Origin: an uncultured Eubacteriales bacterium
Lineage (GTDB): Bacteria > Acidobacteriota > Aminicenantia > Aminicenantales > Aminicenantaceae
Assembly: GCA_964645765.1 (NCBI GenBank)
Contig: CAZYBE010000001.1
Location: forward strand, 7,456-71,455
DNA length: 64,000 nucleotides
Direction: 5' to 3'
Shown here piece after piece: positions 49,103 through 59,123 of the stretch. Position 1 is the first letter of the stretch. Every line of letters starts with the position of its first letter. The notes beneath the pieces are model-generated. The model was not told the origin of the DNA. It ran no database searches and worked only from the letters and a program-made list of their open reading frames with translations. Position numbers and translations under genes: made by a program.

Positions 49103-50356
49103 ATGGAAAAAATCGACAACAAGCAAAGAGCTCTTTTCGAAGCGCTCTTCTCCGAAAACATGAAAAGCTTCGAAGGCTATGTCATCGGAAAAATGTTGGG
49201 GTATATAAACGACCCGAAGATCATTTCATTTGCCGGCGGCCTGCCCAGCAGCGAAGCCTTTCCTCTGGACATCATTCACAAGGCGGCTAAAAAGTCTCTT
49301 TGGAAGGATTGGGAGCTTGCGCTTCAATATTCCTCCATTCCCGGAGAGAAAGAGCTGATAGAGGCGGCCATTGATTATCTCAAGAGAGATGACATTTCCA
49401 TCGGGCCTGAGAATATCATGATCACCACCTCCGGACAGCACGGCCTGGACCTGGTCGGCAGGCTTTTCCTGGATTCGCAAGATTATATCGTCATCGACCT
49501 CCCCACGTTTGGGGGCGCGCTGGCCGCTTTTGAGCTCGAGGTTGCTCAATATATCGCCAGGGACATTCAAGAAGACGGCTCTGATGTCAGGGGAATGGAA
49601 CAAGGGATTGAAGAGTTTTTATCCAAAGGGAAAAAGCCAAAATTCATCTATGTCGTCCCGGATTTTCAGAACCCTTCAGGCATTACTATCTCTTTCGAGA
49701 AGAGGCTTTCACTTCTTTCTTTGAGCAAGAAATATGGAATCCCTCTGGTCGAGGACAGCCCTTACCGGGAGCTGAGATACAAAGGAAAAAGCCTTCCTTC
49801 CATCTATTCCCTGGATAAAAACCAGGGGAATGTCATCGGCGTCTATACTTTCTCCAAAATCCTCTGTCCTGGAATTCGGGTTGGCTTCAACATCGGCCCG
49901 CCAGAAATCATCAAGAAGTTCAATGCCATAAAAAGCGCCAACATTCTCAACACGCCAAAGCTCAACCAGGACATCTGCACCATCTTCCTGCGGGAATGCG
50001 ACCTGGATGCTCATTTCAAGAAAGCTATTGGCTATTACAGCCGAAAACTGGATTTTTTCCTAAAAGCCCTGGAAGAGAATTTTTCTAATGATATGGCCGC
50101 GAAATGGACAAAGCCTGAAGGGGGGCTTTTCCTCTGGGTCGAAGTTCCGGAGGAGATAAACACTCTTGAGCTCTACTACATGGCCCTTGAGGAGAAAGTT
50201 GCTTTTGTCCCTGGCGAAGTTTTTTATCCCAAAGGCTTTCGCAAATACAACACGATGAGGGTCAACTTCTCCTACCCGACAAAGGACGAGATTTTCGAGG
50301 GTGTGAAGAGGTTGAGCTCTGTAATCAAGAAATATAAAGCCAGGAAAAAAATTTAG
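49103..50356 (+). CDS. PLP-dependent aminotransferase (class I/II fold)
   Basis: 417 aa. 'YTFSKILCPGIRVGF' is a PLP-Lys region of the SxxK type. Confidence 0.75.
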   Translation: MEKIDNKQRALFEALFSENMKSFEGYVIGKMLGYINDPKIISFAGGLPSSEAFPLDIIHKAAKKSLWKDWELALQYSSIPGEKELIEAAIDYLKRDDISIGPENIMITTSGQHGLDLVGRLFLDSQDYIVIDLPTFGGALAAFELEVAQYIARDIQEDGSDVRGMEQGIEEFLSKGKKPKFIYVVPDFQNPSGITISFEKRLSLLSLSKKYGIPLVEDSPYRELRYKGKSLPSIYSLDKNQGNVIGVYTFSKILCPGIRVGFNIGPPEIIKKFNAIKSANILNTPKLNQDICTIFLRECDLDAHFKKAIGYYSRKLDFFLKALEENFSNDMAAKWTKPEGGLFLWVEVPEEINTLELYYMALEEKVAFVPGEVFYPKGFRKYNTMRVNFSYPTKDEIFEGVKRLSSVIKKYKARKKI

Positions 50357-50379
50357 GAATCATGAAAAAGGGAGGAATC

Positions 50380-51777
50380 ATGACTCAAAACCAACAATAC
50401 AGTCCAGGCGTCATGAAATATATCGAAGAGGCGAAGAAAGCTCTGGAGCAAAGAAGAGCACAGCTTGAACGGGTGAAAAAATTCAAGTTCGACACCCTTG
50501 CTGTTCATGGCCTCTACACAGTCGAGGAAGCCCTAAGCCATAACCAGGGCTCTGTCATCGAGCCCCTCTATCTTTCCGCATCTCAAGCCTACAGGGATTC
50601 TGACGAACTGGAGGCAGCTCTGGCTTATCTAATTCCAACCTGGTGCTACACGCGCATCACCAACCCGACAGTCCAATTTTTAGAATGGACTCTAGCTTTG
50701 CTCGAAGGCTATCAGACTGGATACGACACTTCCTGCATGGTGACAGCCTCTGGAATGTCAGCCATTATGTCGGCTGTCGATGCTTTCCTAATCAAGCAGA
50801 AAGATGGGCCTGAAAAAATCAACTTCGTCTCCTCGGTCCAGCTCTACGGCGGCGCCTTCCAGCATTTTTCCGTGCGCAAGATGCAGGAAAGAGGAATAGA
50901 AGTCCGCTGGGTCGGGCATCAGGAGGACGTGGAAGAATGGAAGGCCAAGATTGACGAAAACACCCGCTTTCTTTATTCTGAGGCGCCGAGCAACCCCCAG
51001 CAATCCTTTTGTGACATCAAAGCTCTTGCTGATTTAGCTCATTCCTGGCAAATTCCTTTTATCATCGATTCAACCTGTGCTACTCCGGCCTTGATGCGCC
51101 CCATCGGCTATGGAGCGGATATCGTCATTCATTCTTTAACCAAGTCAATAACTTCAGGAGGATTGGCCATCGGAGGAGCCTTAATCAGCCGCATGCCTAT
51201 CGTTAGCAAGATAAAGAACAACCACCCTCTCTTCAAGGAAAGCTTTTCCGAATATGTCAAGCTCCTCCCTCATCGGGATATGGGTCCGGCTGCATCTCCT
51301 TTAAACGCGCTTTTTGCCCTGAACGACCTGCGCACGCTCCGCTCCAAGATAGACCTGGTCAGCCAAAATTCTGAGAAGGTCGCGGATTTTCTAAGCCATC
51401 ATCCCCGCGTCTATCATGTCGATTATCTGGGCCTTGAAAGTTTCCATCTCCACAATCTGGCCAAAAGATACATGAAGCTTGTGGATTCAGACGACGGAAA
51501 AGGAAATGAAATAAACCGCTACGGCCACCTGCTCAGCTTCAGGGTTGACGGGCCTGCGCAGAATGCACGAAAAGTTTTTGACAAGTTCAAGCTTATTTTC
51601 AGGGCCACGGATTTGGGAAGAATCAAGAGCGTGGCCACCATTCCGGCAATCTCAACCCACCAGCAGCAGGGTGAGGAAGCGCGCAAGATGGCTGACATCC
51701 CGCCTCAGCTGATAAGGCTCTGCGTTGGGGCTGAAAATCCTGACGACGTCATCGCTGACCTGGACCAAGCCCTCTAG
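50380..51777 (+). CDS. Cys/Met-metabolism PLP-dependent enzyme (O-acetylhomoserine sulfhydrylase / cystathionine gamma-synthase-like, divergent)
   Basis: 'FDTLAVHGLYT' N-terminal motif and PLP-Lys 'SLTKSITSGGLAIGG'. Start placed after a GGGAGGA SD. The C-terminus is longer than typical. Confidence 0.7.
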   Translation: MTQNQQYSPGVMKYIEEAKKALEQRRAQLERVKKFKFDTLAVHGLYTVEEALSHNQGSVIEPLYLSASQAYRDSDELEAALAYLIPTWCYTRITNPTVQFLEWTLALLEGYQTGYDTSCMVTASGMSAIMSAVDAFLIKQKDGPEKINFVSSVQLYGGAFQHFSVRKMQERGIEVRWVGHQEDVEEWKAKIDENTRFLYSEAPSNPQQSFCDIKALADLAHSWQIPFIIDSTCATPALMRPIGYGADIVIHSLTKSITSGGLAIGGALISRMPIVSKIKNNHPLFKESFSEYVKLLPHRDMGPAASPLNALFALNDLRTLRSKIDLVSQNSEKVADFLSHHPRVYHVDYLGLESFHLHNLAKRYMKLVDSDDGKGNEINRYGHLLSFRVDGPAQNARKVFDKFKLIFRATDLGRIKSVATIPAISTHQQQGEEARKMADIPPQLIRLCVGAENPDDVIADLDQAL

Positions 51778-51785
51778 CATGTTTT

Positions 51786-53309
51786 TCAAACAAAAGTTTC
51801 TTGATTTGTTGCCTTCATACGTTCTTCCTGCGTCATATTTGCCAGGTTTTCTATTTTCTTTACATCCAGATTCAGCCCTTGTCCTACGCGGCGGCCGTAA
51901 TCAGGGTCAGCCTTGTAGAAGATAGCGCATTGACGGTATTGGATTCGCTTCTGCGCGCCACCCAGATGGTCTACAATATTGCCGATGAGGTGCTCCCGGT
52001 CGGTATCGGTCATGACCTTCCGGAAGAGGTCGCCAGCCTGAATGAAGTCATCGTTGGGGTGAATGTACCGCTGGCGCGCAGCCTTCCCGGAGATCTTAAA
52101 GGGGGGTTCGGAGACCTCTGGCTTTGGTTCTGGGCCGCCGAAGCTATTGGGATAGTAATTAGGACTCCCTCCGAAGTTACTGTCAAAGCGCATGAAACCG
52201 TCACGCTGGAAGTTGTCGACCCTGCATGCCTTGGCCGCGTTCACCGGCAACAGGTGATAATTTGGCCCGAGGCGGTGGCGATGAGTATCATGGTAACTGA
52301 AGAGGCGGCCCTGAAGCATCTTATCTGGGGATGCCGCGATGCCGGGAACGAAATTGGCCGGAGAGAAGGCAGCCTGTTCAACTTCTGCGAAGTAGTTTTC
52401 AGGGTTTTTGTTCAAGGCTAACCTGCCGATGGTCATGGGCGGGAAGTCTGCATGCGGCCAGACCTTGGTGATATCGAAGGGGTCGAATCGGTAGTTTTCC
52501 GCCTGATCCGGCGTCATGATCTGCACCTCCAGCCTCCAGGATGGATAGTCTCCGCGCTTGATCGCCGCATAGAGGTCACGAGTGGCATGGTCGGGATCCT
52601 TGCCCTTCATGACTTCCGCATCCTGCCGGGTGAAGTTCTGAATGCCTTGTTCGGTCTTGAAGTGATACTGGACCCAGAAGTACTCACCCTTTTCGTTATA
52701 CCATTTAAAGGTGTGGCTGCTGTAGCCGTTCATATGGCGAAAGGTCCTGGGTGTGCCGCGGTCTGAGAAAAGAATCGTAACCTGATGGACGGACTCCGGT
52801 GTCAGCGAGAGAAAATCCCAAAACATGTCAGGATCTTTGAGGTTGGTCGCAGGGTGTTTTTTCTGGGTGTGAATGAAGTCAGGAAATTTCAGGGGATCGC
52901 GGATAAAAAAGACAGGGGTATTGTTACCCACGAGATCATAGTTGCCTTCTTCTGTGTAGAACTTCACTGCAAACCCGCGGGGATCACGCTCGGCATCTGC
53001 GGACCCCTTTTCCCCTCCAACGGTAGAGAAGCGGATAAAAACCTCGGTCCGTTTCCCCACTTGAGAGAGGAATTTGGCTCTGGTGTATTTCGTCATATCA
53101 GTCGTGACTTCAAAATACCCGTAGGCTCCCGCTCCCTTTGCATGAACCACCCTCTCGGGGATGCGTTCCCGTTCAAAATGGGAGAGCTTCTCCAGGAGAT
53201 GGACGTCCTGCATCAATACAGGTCCCGGGTTGCCGGCGGTGAGCGAATTCTGGTCGTCATCCACCGGCGCGCCAAAATTGTTCGTTAGCGTTTTGTTAGG
53301 GTTTTTCAT
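51786..53309 (-). CDS. katA: Monofunctional heme catalase
   Basis: '[23 protein letters not shown]' proximal His region and the conserved catalase core; 507 aa. Confidence 0.95.
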   Translation of the reverse strand: MKNPNKTLTNNFGAPVDDDQNSLTAGNPGPVLMQDVHLLEKLSHFERERIPERVVHAKGAGAYGYFEVTTDMTKYTRAKFLSQVGKRTEVFIRFSTVGGEKGSADAERDPRGFAVKFYTEEGNYDLVGNNTPVFFIRDPLKFPDFIHTQKKHPATNLKDPDMFWDFLSLTPESVHQVTILFSDRGTPRTFRHMNGYSSHTFKWYNEKGEYFWVQYHFKTEQGIQNFTRQDAEVMKGKDPDHATRDLYAAIKRGDYPSWRLEVQIMTPDQAENYRFDPFDITKVWPHADFPPMTIGRLALNKNPENYFAEVEQAAFSPANFVPGIAASPDKMLQGRLFSYHDTHRHRLGPNYHLLPVNAAKACRVDNFQRDGFMRFDSNFGGSPNYYPNSFGGPEPKPEVSEPPFKISGKAARQRYIHPNDDFIQAGDLFRKVMTDTDREHLIGNIVDHLGGAQKRIQYRQCAIFYKADPDYGRRVGQGLNLDVKKIENLANMTQEERMKATNQETFV

Positions 53310-53382
53310 AGTAGCCTCCTTTTATTTTTTAGCGAACGCTTTATGGAGTTCCCAGCGGCCCGCTGCAGGGAACTTCAAAAAA

Positions 53383-53817
53383 CTAATGCTTCTTTTTCTG
53401 GCATTCTTTACAGTAGCCATAATATTCAAAACGCATCCCATCGACCTTAAAACCCGCCTTTTGTTCCACACGCTCTGAAGGCACAGGCAATCGGGCTTTG
53501 AAGTCCTCAATCTTTCCGCATCCTTTGCAGACAAGATTCAGATGATCGGATATATCCCCCTCGTAGCGGTTATCCCTATCGCAGAATTCCAGTTCCTTGA
53601 TCAATCCTTCCTTCTTTAAGATATCCAGCGTGTAATAGACCGTTGATAGGCTTATCCTCGGAATCCTTGTCCGTGCTATAGCAAAGATATCAAGGGCGCT
53701 CGGGTGGGTCTTCGCCTGGAAGAGGATGTCAAGAATCTGAAGCCGCTGTGGCGTGAGCTTGAACTTCTTTTTCTTCAGTCCCTGGATAAGCTGTGTTCTA
53801 ATCTCTTTCGGGCTCAT
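53383..53817 (-). CDS. perR: Fur-family peroxide regulator (PerR-like)
   Basis: 'LTPQRLQILDIL' HTH and 'CKGCGK' Zn site. Lies directly upstream of catalase. Confidence 0.8.
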   Translation of the reverse strand: MSPKEIRTQLIQGLKKKKFKLTPQRLQILDILFQAKTHPSALDIFAIARTRIPRISLSTVYYTLDILKKEGLIKELEFCDRDNRYEGDISDHLNLVCKGCGKIEDFKARLPVPSERVEQKAGFKVDGMRFEYYGYCKECQKKKH

Positions 53818-53870
53818 CGCATTTTATTCGGAATGATTCCGATTTATACTTTAACGACTGCATGATCATT

Positions 53871-53886
53871 TGTCAATAGATTGACA
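53871..53886 (-). promoter_or_regulatory. Fur/PerR-box-like palindrome TGTCAAT-AG-ATTGACA upstream of perR
   Basis: Perfect 7-2-7 inverted repeat about 55 bp upstream of the perR start. Confidence 0.5.
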
Positions 53887-54029
53887 TTTATCATCTTCTG
53901 GCGATATGGTCTTTTCTCGCTCAATAACAAGGATTCTAAGCTTGAGGGGAGAGAAATCAGGCAACCTAAAAAAGAAATTCTCTCTAATCTCTTCCGGGAG
54001 CAGCAGATTTTGTCAATTCATATAATCAA

Positions 54030-54360
54030 TTATCCTTCAGCAAGAATATTAAGAAGTTCTCCAGCACAATAGATTCGACTACGTTTGCGGCCAGACACTT
54101 CTTTGAGAATTCCCAGTTTTATAAGGCGCTCCACCGATGCTTTAGCAGTAGGCCAGGTTATCTTCAAGTAATCGCTTATTCCCGGCAAACTGACAAAGGG
54201 GTTTAAAAATAGCATATCTAATAACTGGAAAGCCGGCATGGAAACCGACTCTTTCTGAAGTTGTTGGCGATATTTCTTTTGCAGGTCTAAAATTTTATGG
54301 CCAGTTTCTTCTGCAACTTTTGACTGCTCTGCAGCTGCACGAATATTTTAATAATATGTA
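54030..54360 (-). pseudogene. 3' remnant of a second Fic-family gene (C-terminal wHTH region only)
   Basis: Translation '...LDMLFLNPFVSLPGISDYLKITWPTAKASVERLIKLGILKEVSGRKRSRIY' aligns with the C-terminus of the Fic protein at 42869..44020. No Fic motif is encoded upstream. Confidence 0.55.
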
Positions 54361-54568
54361 AAGTTATCTAAGCTATCTTTGATAAGATTTCTGCTTATCA
54401 AAATATTTAGCCATTAGTTTTGATAACACTCATTTGCAATTAATATACGCTTTAATCATGCCTATCATGTTGCAGCCCGTAAGCAGAGGAAAGACCTTTT
54501 TTAACTTTTTCAAGCTCATCTTCAGGTCCACGGATGGGCCGGACTTTGGGAAAAGTCTTTTGAGAACC

Positions 54569-55861
54569 TTATTCTTTCCTCTCCAGAAAATACCTCATAC
54601 CAACAAAGTCAAAGGTTAAAGCATAGGGCCTGAAGAATCCGTGTGAAATCAAGCCTCCGATACGAAACCTGAAGGCATTCTCTAAAGGAAAAGCGCCTGT
54701 ATACAATCCGCGAACGTTGTGCTCCTTGGCATCGCCAAGCGTCAATTCCTCGACCACGAATGGAATGACCTTCACTTTCCCTCCTCCGCCGACCCCTTCA
54801 GCGGCAAAGCTCTCTTGCAAGTTGATGCCTGCTTCCTTAAGGGTAGATTCAGCGCAGGTGAATCCACCGCCTGCTAACCCCGTGTCCACAAAAAAAAGGA
54901 GCGGCTGGCTCTTGTTAACTGTTCCCCAGGCCACCATGTAGTGGTCACCGGCCATCCAAAAGGGAATCACTATAGTTTCTTTTGCCCGCGCTTCTCGCTC
55001 CACTCGCTTCAGGTTTTCCTTCGTCTTGCGACGCAGAACGAGCTCACCCTGGGGATAATCCAGGGTAGGGATGAAGTGATAGAGCAAAACTGTTCCGATA
55101 ATTCCGTCGACTCGCTTCCCTCCAAAGACAGGCTGAGAGAAACGGCGGACATCCATGAGATGCACAGGAACGTTCTTGAGGGTGAAGTCGCCGAGTGTCA
55201 GGAAGTCCACCCGTCCATGCTGGAAGGCCGCCTGTTTTCCGCCTGCAAAAGTGCCTGTCACCGACCCAAACTGCACTATGTTCAACTCCTTGGCGAATTC
55301 GGTGTCAATGATGACCTCAGCACCGCCTGTATCGATGAAGAAGTTAACAGGCTCGCCTTCATTGACTCGCACCTGGATAACTGGCAATGGGTCGGTCATA
55401 ACGAACTTCAGATGACTGACCTCAGCTTTCCCTTCGATTTGGTAGGGCGTGATGCCTTTAAAGCTCTCAAGCTTCTTTGCTACCGCTTCTTGACCTGTAG
55501 CACGGAAGAACGGTGCGGCTTGCTTGAAATCGCCCTGGCGATAAAAAACTTCTGCCATCAAAGATTTAGGAGCTTGCTCCTCAGGCTTAAGTTCGATGGC
55601 TTTGGCTAACCACTTCTGGGCATTATCCAAGCGGTTAGCCAGCAGAGAAATGCTGCCCAAGCGAATAGCAGCCTGAAAATTCGCGGGCTCTGCAGCCAGA
55701 ACTTTAGTGTAGAGCTTCTCTGCTTCGACAAACTTTCCTGCCTTGAATAGGCTATCGGCAGTTTCAAGCTCGCTTTGCCCACTTTGAGCTTCATCGCTCA
55801 TCAGGGTTACACCTCCAAGCGAGAGTAGAATGGCAATACAAACAACCTTGAATGAAGTCAT
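54569..55861 (-). CDS. Secreted TPR + tandem retropepsin-like aspartic protease domain protein
   Basis: Signal peptide, TPR repeats, and two DTG-type motifs ('FFIDTGGAEV', 'FFVDTGLAGG'). Confidence 0.7.
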   Translation of the reverse strand: MTSFKVVCIAILLSLGGVTLMSDEAQSGQSELETADSLFKAGKFVEAEKLYTKVLAAEPANFQAAIRLGSISLLANRLDNAQKWLAKAIELKPEEQAPKSLMAEVFYRQGDFKQAAPFFRATGQEAVAKKLESFKGITPYQIEGKAEVSHLKFVMTDPLPVIQVRVNEGEPVNFFIDTGGAEVIIDTEFAKELNIVQFGSVTGTFAGGKQAAFQHGRVDFLTLGDFTLKNVPVHLMDVRRFSQPVFGGKRVDGIIGTVLLYHFIPTLDYPQGELVLRRKTKENLKRVEREARAKETIVIPFWMAGDHYMVAWGTVNKSQPLLFFVDTGLAGGGFTCAESTLKEAGINLQESFAAEGVGGGGKVKVIPFVVEELTLGDAKEHNVRGLYTGAFPLENAFRFRIGGLISHGFFRPYALTFDFVGMRYFLERKE

Positions 55862-56055
55862 AACCTGCTCCTTTCCAATATGTGTGAAAAATAACATTGA
55901 CAATTTCTCACATCGGATTCGATATTACCGAAGTCACCGTAAGCGATTTGAGCAAGGCGCATCAAATTCATCAACCCTGCATTGGGCAGATAGGAAGTTG
56001 CTTTTATGAATGGCAACATTTTATTCACCTTTAATTTTAGAAACCTCTCTGACTC

Positions 56056-57468
56056 TCAAAGATTAAAACAGACAACCTTTGGCTCTGTCATCTCCAGCAG
56101 CGCAAACTTAATCCCTTCCCGGCCGAGGCCGCTCCATTTTACGCCGCCGAATGGCATCATGTCGATGCGGTAATCGGTGGAATCGTTGACCATCACTCCG
56201 CCGACCTCGAGCTCCTTGATGGCCTTGAAGGCATTCTCCAAGGAGCGGGTGAAGATGGCTCCGTGAAGACCGTACTTGACGCTGTTGGAAAGCTTGATGG
56301 CCTCATCCAGAGAGGAAACCTTATAGAGATTCACCACTGGCCCGAAGACTTCCTCGCAGTTGAGCCTCGCAGCCTGAGGCATGTTCTTGAAGACAGTTGG
56401 CTCGAAAAGAGTCCCTTTTCTCTTTCCTCCGCTGAGAAGCTTGGCACCTTGCTCGATGGCTTCCTTGACCCATCTTTCCACCCGGGCTGCTTCTTCCTCT
56501 GTGATCATCGGCCCCATGTCTGTCTCCTCATCAAGCTGAAAGCCAACCTTCATCTTCTTGGTGCGCTGGACAAACATCCTCTCGAACTCACCGTAGACAG
56601 CTTCATGGATATAGATTCGCTGGACGCCGATGCAGTTCTGGCCCACAGCCCAGAAAGCACCTGAGACAGAAAGCTCGACAGCCTTGGGAAGGTCAGCATC
56701 GTCCATGACAATCACCGGCGAGTTTGAGCCGAGCTCCATGCCTATTTTCTTCAAGCCTGCTTTTTTGACAATGTCCAGGCCTGCCTCGGTTCCTCCAGTA
56801 AAAGAAATCATCCTCACTCTTGAGTCTGTGACCAATGCATCGGCGATTCTTGAAGCACGGCCGGTGACGATGTTCAAGATCTTCCAGGGAAGCCCGGCCT
56901 CGACCAGTGCCTCCCCCAGTTTTAATGCGGAAAGAGGAGTGACGGTCGCGGGCTTGAGGACAATAGAATTTCCGGCGGCAATGGCTGGCCCGACTTTATG
57001 GGCAACGAGGTTCAAGGGGTCGTTGAACGGGGTTATGGCGACGATAACGCCGATGGGAAAGAGGCAGTAGTAGCCAACCCTATTTTCCGACCCGATGCGG
57101 CTGTCAAAGGGAATGGTCTCGCCGACAATCCTTCGCGCTTCTTCAGCGGAGATGGTGATGGTGTCAACGCAGCGGCTGACCTCTTTGCGTGCCTCGCGGA
57201 TGGTCTTGCTTCCTTCAGTGGCTATCGTCCTGGCAAACTCCTCCTGGCGGCTTCTTACGATTTCAGCGGTCCTGTAAAGGACCGAGATTCGCCGGTGAAC
57301 AGGAAGGTCGCGGTTAATTCTAAACCCTTCCTCTGCTGCTCCGATGGCTGCTTCCACATCCTTCTTATCCCCGGCAGGGACAGTGTCAATCAATTCGTTG
57401 TTGTAAGGGTTGCGGACTTCAATCTTCTCGACCTTGTCAACCCATTTTTCTCCGATGAGCATTCTCAT
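56056..57468 (-). CDS. NAD(P)-dependent aldehyde dehydrogenase
   Basis: 470 aa with 'FTGGTEAG' and a catalytic Cys 'GQNCIG'. Confidence 0.9.
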   Translation of the reverse strand: MRMLIGEKWVDKVEKIEVRNPYNNELIDTVPAGDKKDVEAAIGAAEEGFRINRDLPVHRRISVLYRTAEIVRSRQEEFARTIATEGSKTIREARKEVSRCVDTITISAEEARRIVGETIPFDSRIGSENRVGYYCLFPIGVIVAITPFNDPLNLVAHKVGPAIAAGNSIVLKPATVTPLSALKLGEALVEAGLPWKILNIVTGRASRIADALVTDSRVRMISFTGGTEAGLDIVKKAGLKKIGMELGSNSPVIVMDDADLPKAVELSVSGAFWAVGQNCIGVQRIYIHEAVYGEFERMFVQRTKKMKVGFQLDEETDMGPMITEEEAARVERWVKEAIEQGAKLLSGGKRKGTLFEPTVFKNMPQAARLNCEEVFGPVVNLYKVSSLDEAIKLSNSVKYGLHGAIFTRSLENAFKAIKELEVGGVMVNDSTDYRIDMMPFGGVKWSGLGREGIKFALLEMTEPKVVCFNL

Positions 57469-57530
57469 TTTCTCGCCTCCATTTTTATTTTCAGAGAATA
57501 AACGACTCTTTCATAAAAATCAACATTGAA

Positions 57531-57712
57531 AGGTGTTGGGAGATAGCCTTGCTCCCAATCGGATTTTTAACGCCATCTCCATTCGCTCTTCTCGGCGGCT
57601 GCGTAACTCACTTCGTTCAGACATACTCGCCGCCCGACTTCGTCGGATTCCCTCGAAGAGCGAACTCCGATGGCTAAATCCTCAATGGTCGCTACGGCTA
57701 TCTCCCAACACC
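57531..57712. repeat. Family-3 palindromic element (182 bp) in the ALDH/murA divergent region
   Basis: Perfect 18-bp TIRs aggtgttgggagatagcc / ggctatctcccaacacct, with internal nested inverted repeats (ccatctccattcgctcttc / gaagagcgaactccgatgg). Confidence 0.75.
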
Positions 57713-57805
57713 TATATCTCGAATATGGTAACACATCATGTCTTTCTTTCAATGAAAATAGCGGGCGGTTGAATTTTGGGTATCGTTCATTTAGAATGTT
57801 GGCAA

Positions 57806-59068
57806 ATGGAAAAAATCAGGATTAGCGGGAATAACAACCTCCAGCTAAAAGGGAAAGTCAAAATCAGCGGAGCCAAGAACGCTGTTTTACCCGCCATCGT
57901 TGCCTGCCTCTTGACCAAAGAAAAGGTCCGCCTGAAGAATGTCCCTCTGGTTAAAGACGTCTTCACCATATTAACCCTGATGAAAGAGCTCGGCGCAAGC
58001 TACCAGTTGAAAAAAAATTCTTTATCCATCCAGGTCAAAGACTTCAAATCGGCCGAAGCTTCTTATGAGCTGGTCCGGGCGATGAGGGCATCCATCCTCG
58101 TCCTGGGTCCGCTTTTGGCTCGCTTCGGAAAAGCTATTGTCGCTTTGCCCGGCGGCTGCGCCATAGGCTCTCGTCCCATAGACCTCCACATCCACGGGCT
58201 TGAAAAGCTGGGAGCCTCGATAAACCTCGAGCACGGCTACATCAAGGCTGAAGCAAAAAGTCTCAATGGAACAGTGATAGAATTCGAGAAGAAAACAGTC
58301 GGAGGGACTGAAAACTTGGTCATGGCGGCCGCATTGGCCAAAGGTGAGACAATTTTAAAAAAATGCGCTCTGGAACCAGAAGTGACAAACCTCTGTGAGC
58401 TGTTGATCAAAATGGGAGCCAAGATTGACGGCGCTGGAGAAGAGACCATCCGGATCAAGGGAGTCGAAGAGCTTGGGGGCGCCTCTCATGACATCATCCC
58501 TGACCGGATTGAGGCAGGAACTTTCCTCGTTGCCGGGGCTTTAACCAAAGGGAATATCATCCTGACTCACACTCGGCCTGACCACCTCGACGTTATCATT
58601 GAAAAATTGAGGTATTCAGGCGCAACGATAGACAAGCTCAACAATCATTCTCTCCGGGTTATCGGAAGCGAAGAGATCAAGCCTCAAGATATCACCACTT
58701 CCCCCTACCCAGGATTCCCGACGGATATGCAGGCGCAGTTTATTGTCTTGATGACTCAGGCTTCAGGGACATCAATCATCACCGAGACCATTTTCGACAG
58801 GCGCTTCTCCCACATCAACGAACTCCTCCGCCTTGGCGCCAATATCGAAGTCTCTGGAGATAAGGCCGTTGTCAAAGGAAAAACTCCGCTCTCCGGAGCA
58901 GAGATCATAGCCACTGATTTGAGGGCTTCGGCCTCTCTTGTCCTGGCGGGTCTGATTGCCAAGGGAGAAACAATCGTCAACGATGTCGAACACCTGGACC
59001 GTGGCTATGAGAGACTTGAAGAGAAGCTCAAGTCTCTCGGAGGCCTCATTGAAAGAATAAGAGAATAG
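57806..59068 (+). CDS. murA: UDP-N-acetylglucosamine 1-carboxyvinyltransferase
   Basis: 'KISGAKNAVLP' N-terminus and the catalytic 'PGGCAIGSRPID' Cys loop. Confidence 0.95.
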   Translation: MEKIRISGNNNLQLKGKVKISGAKNAVLPAIVACLLTKEKVRLKNVPLVKDVFTILTLMKELGASYQLKKNSLSIQVKDFKSAEASYELVRAMRASILVLGPLLARFGKAIVALPGGCAIGSRPIDLHIHGLEKLGASINLEHGYIKAEAKSLNGTVIEFEKKTVGGTENLVMAAALAKGETILKKCALEPEVTNLCELLIKMGAKIDGAGEETIRIKGVEELGGASHDIIPDRIEAGTFLVAGALTKGNIILTHTRPDHLDVIIEKLRYSGATIDKLNNHSLRVIGSEEIKPQDITTSPYPGFPTDMQAQFIVLMTQASGTSIITETIFDRRFSHINELLRLGANIEVSGDKAVVKGKTPLSGAEIIATDLRASASLVLAGLIAKGETIVNDVEHLDRGYERLEEKLKSLGGLIERIRE

Positions 59069-59123
59069 GAGAAGAGGCCTTTAGCTTCTCAAGATTCTCT
59101 TTCCATAATTTGAAATCTAAAAA

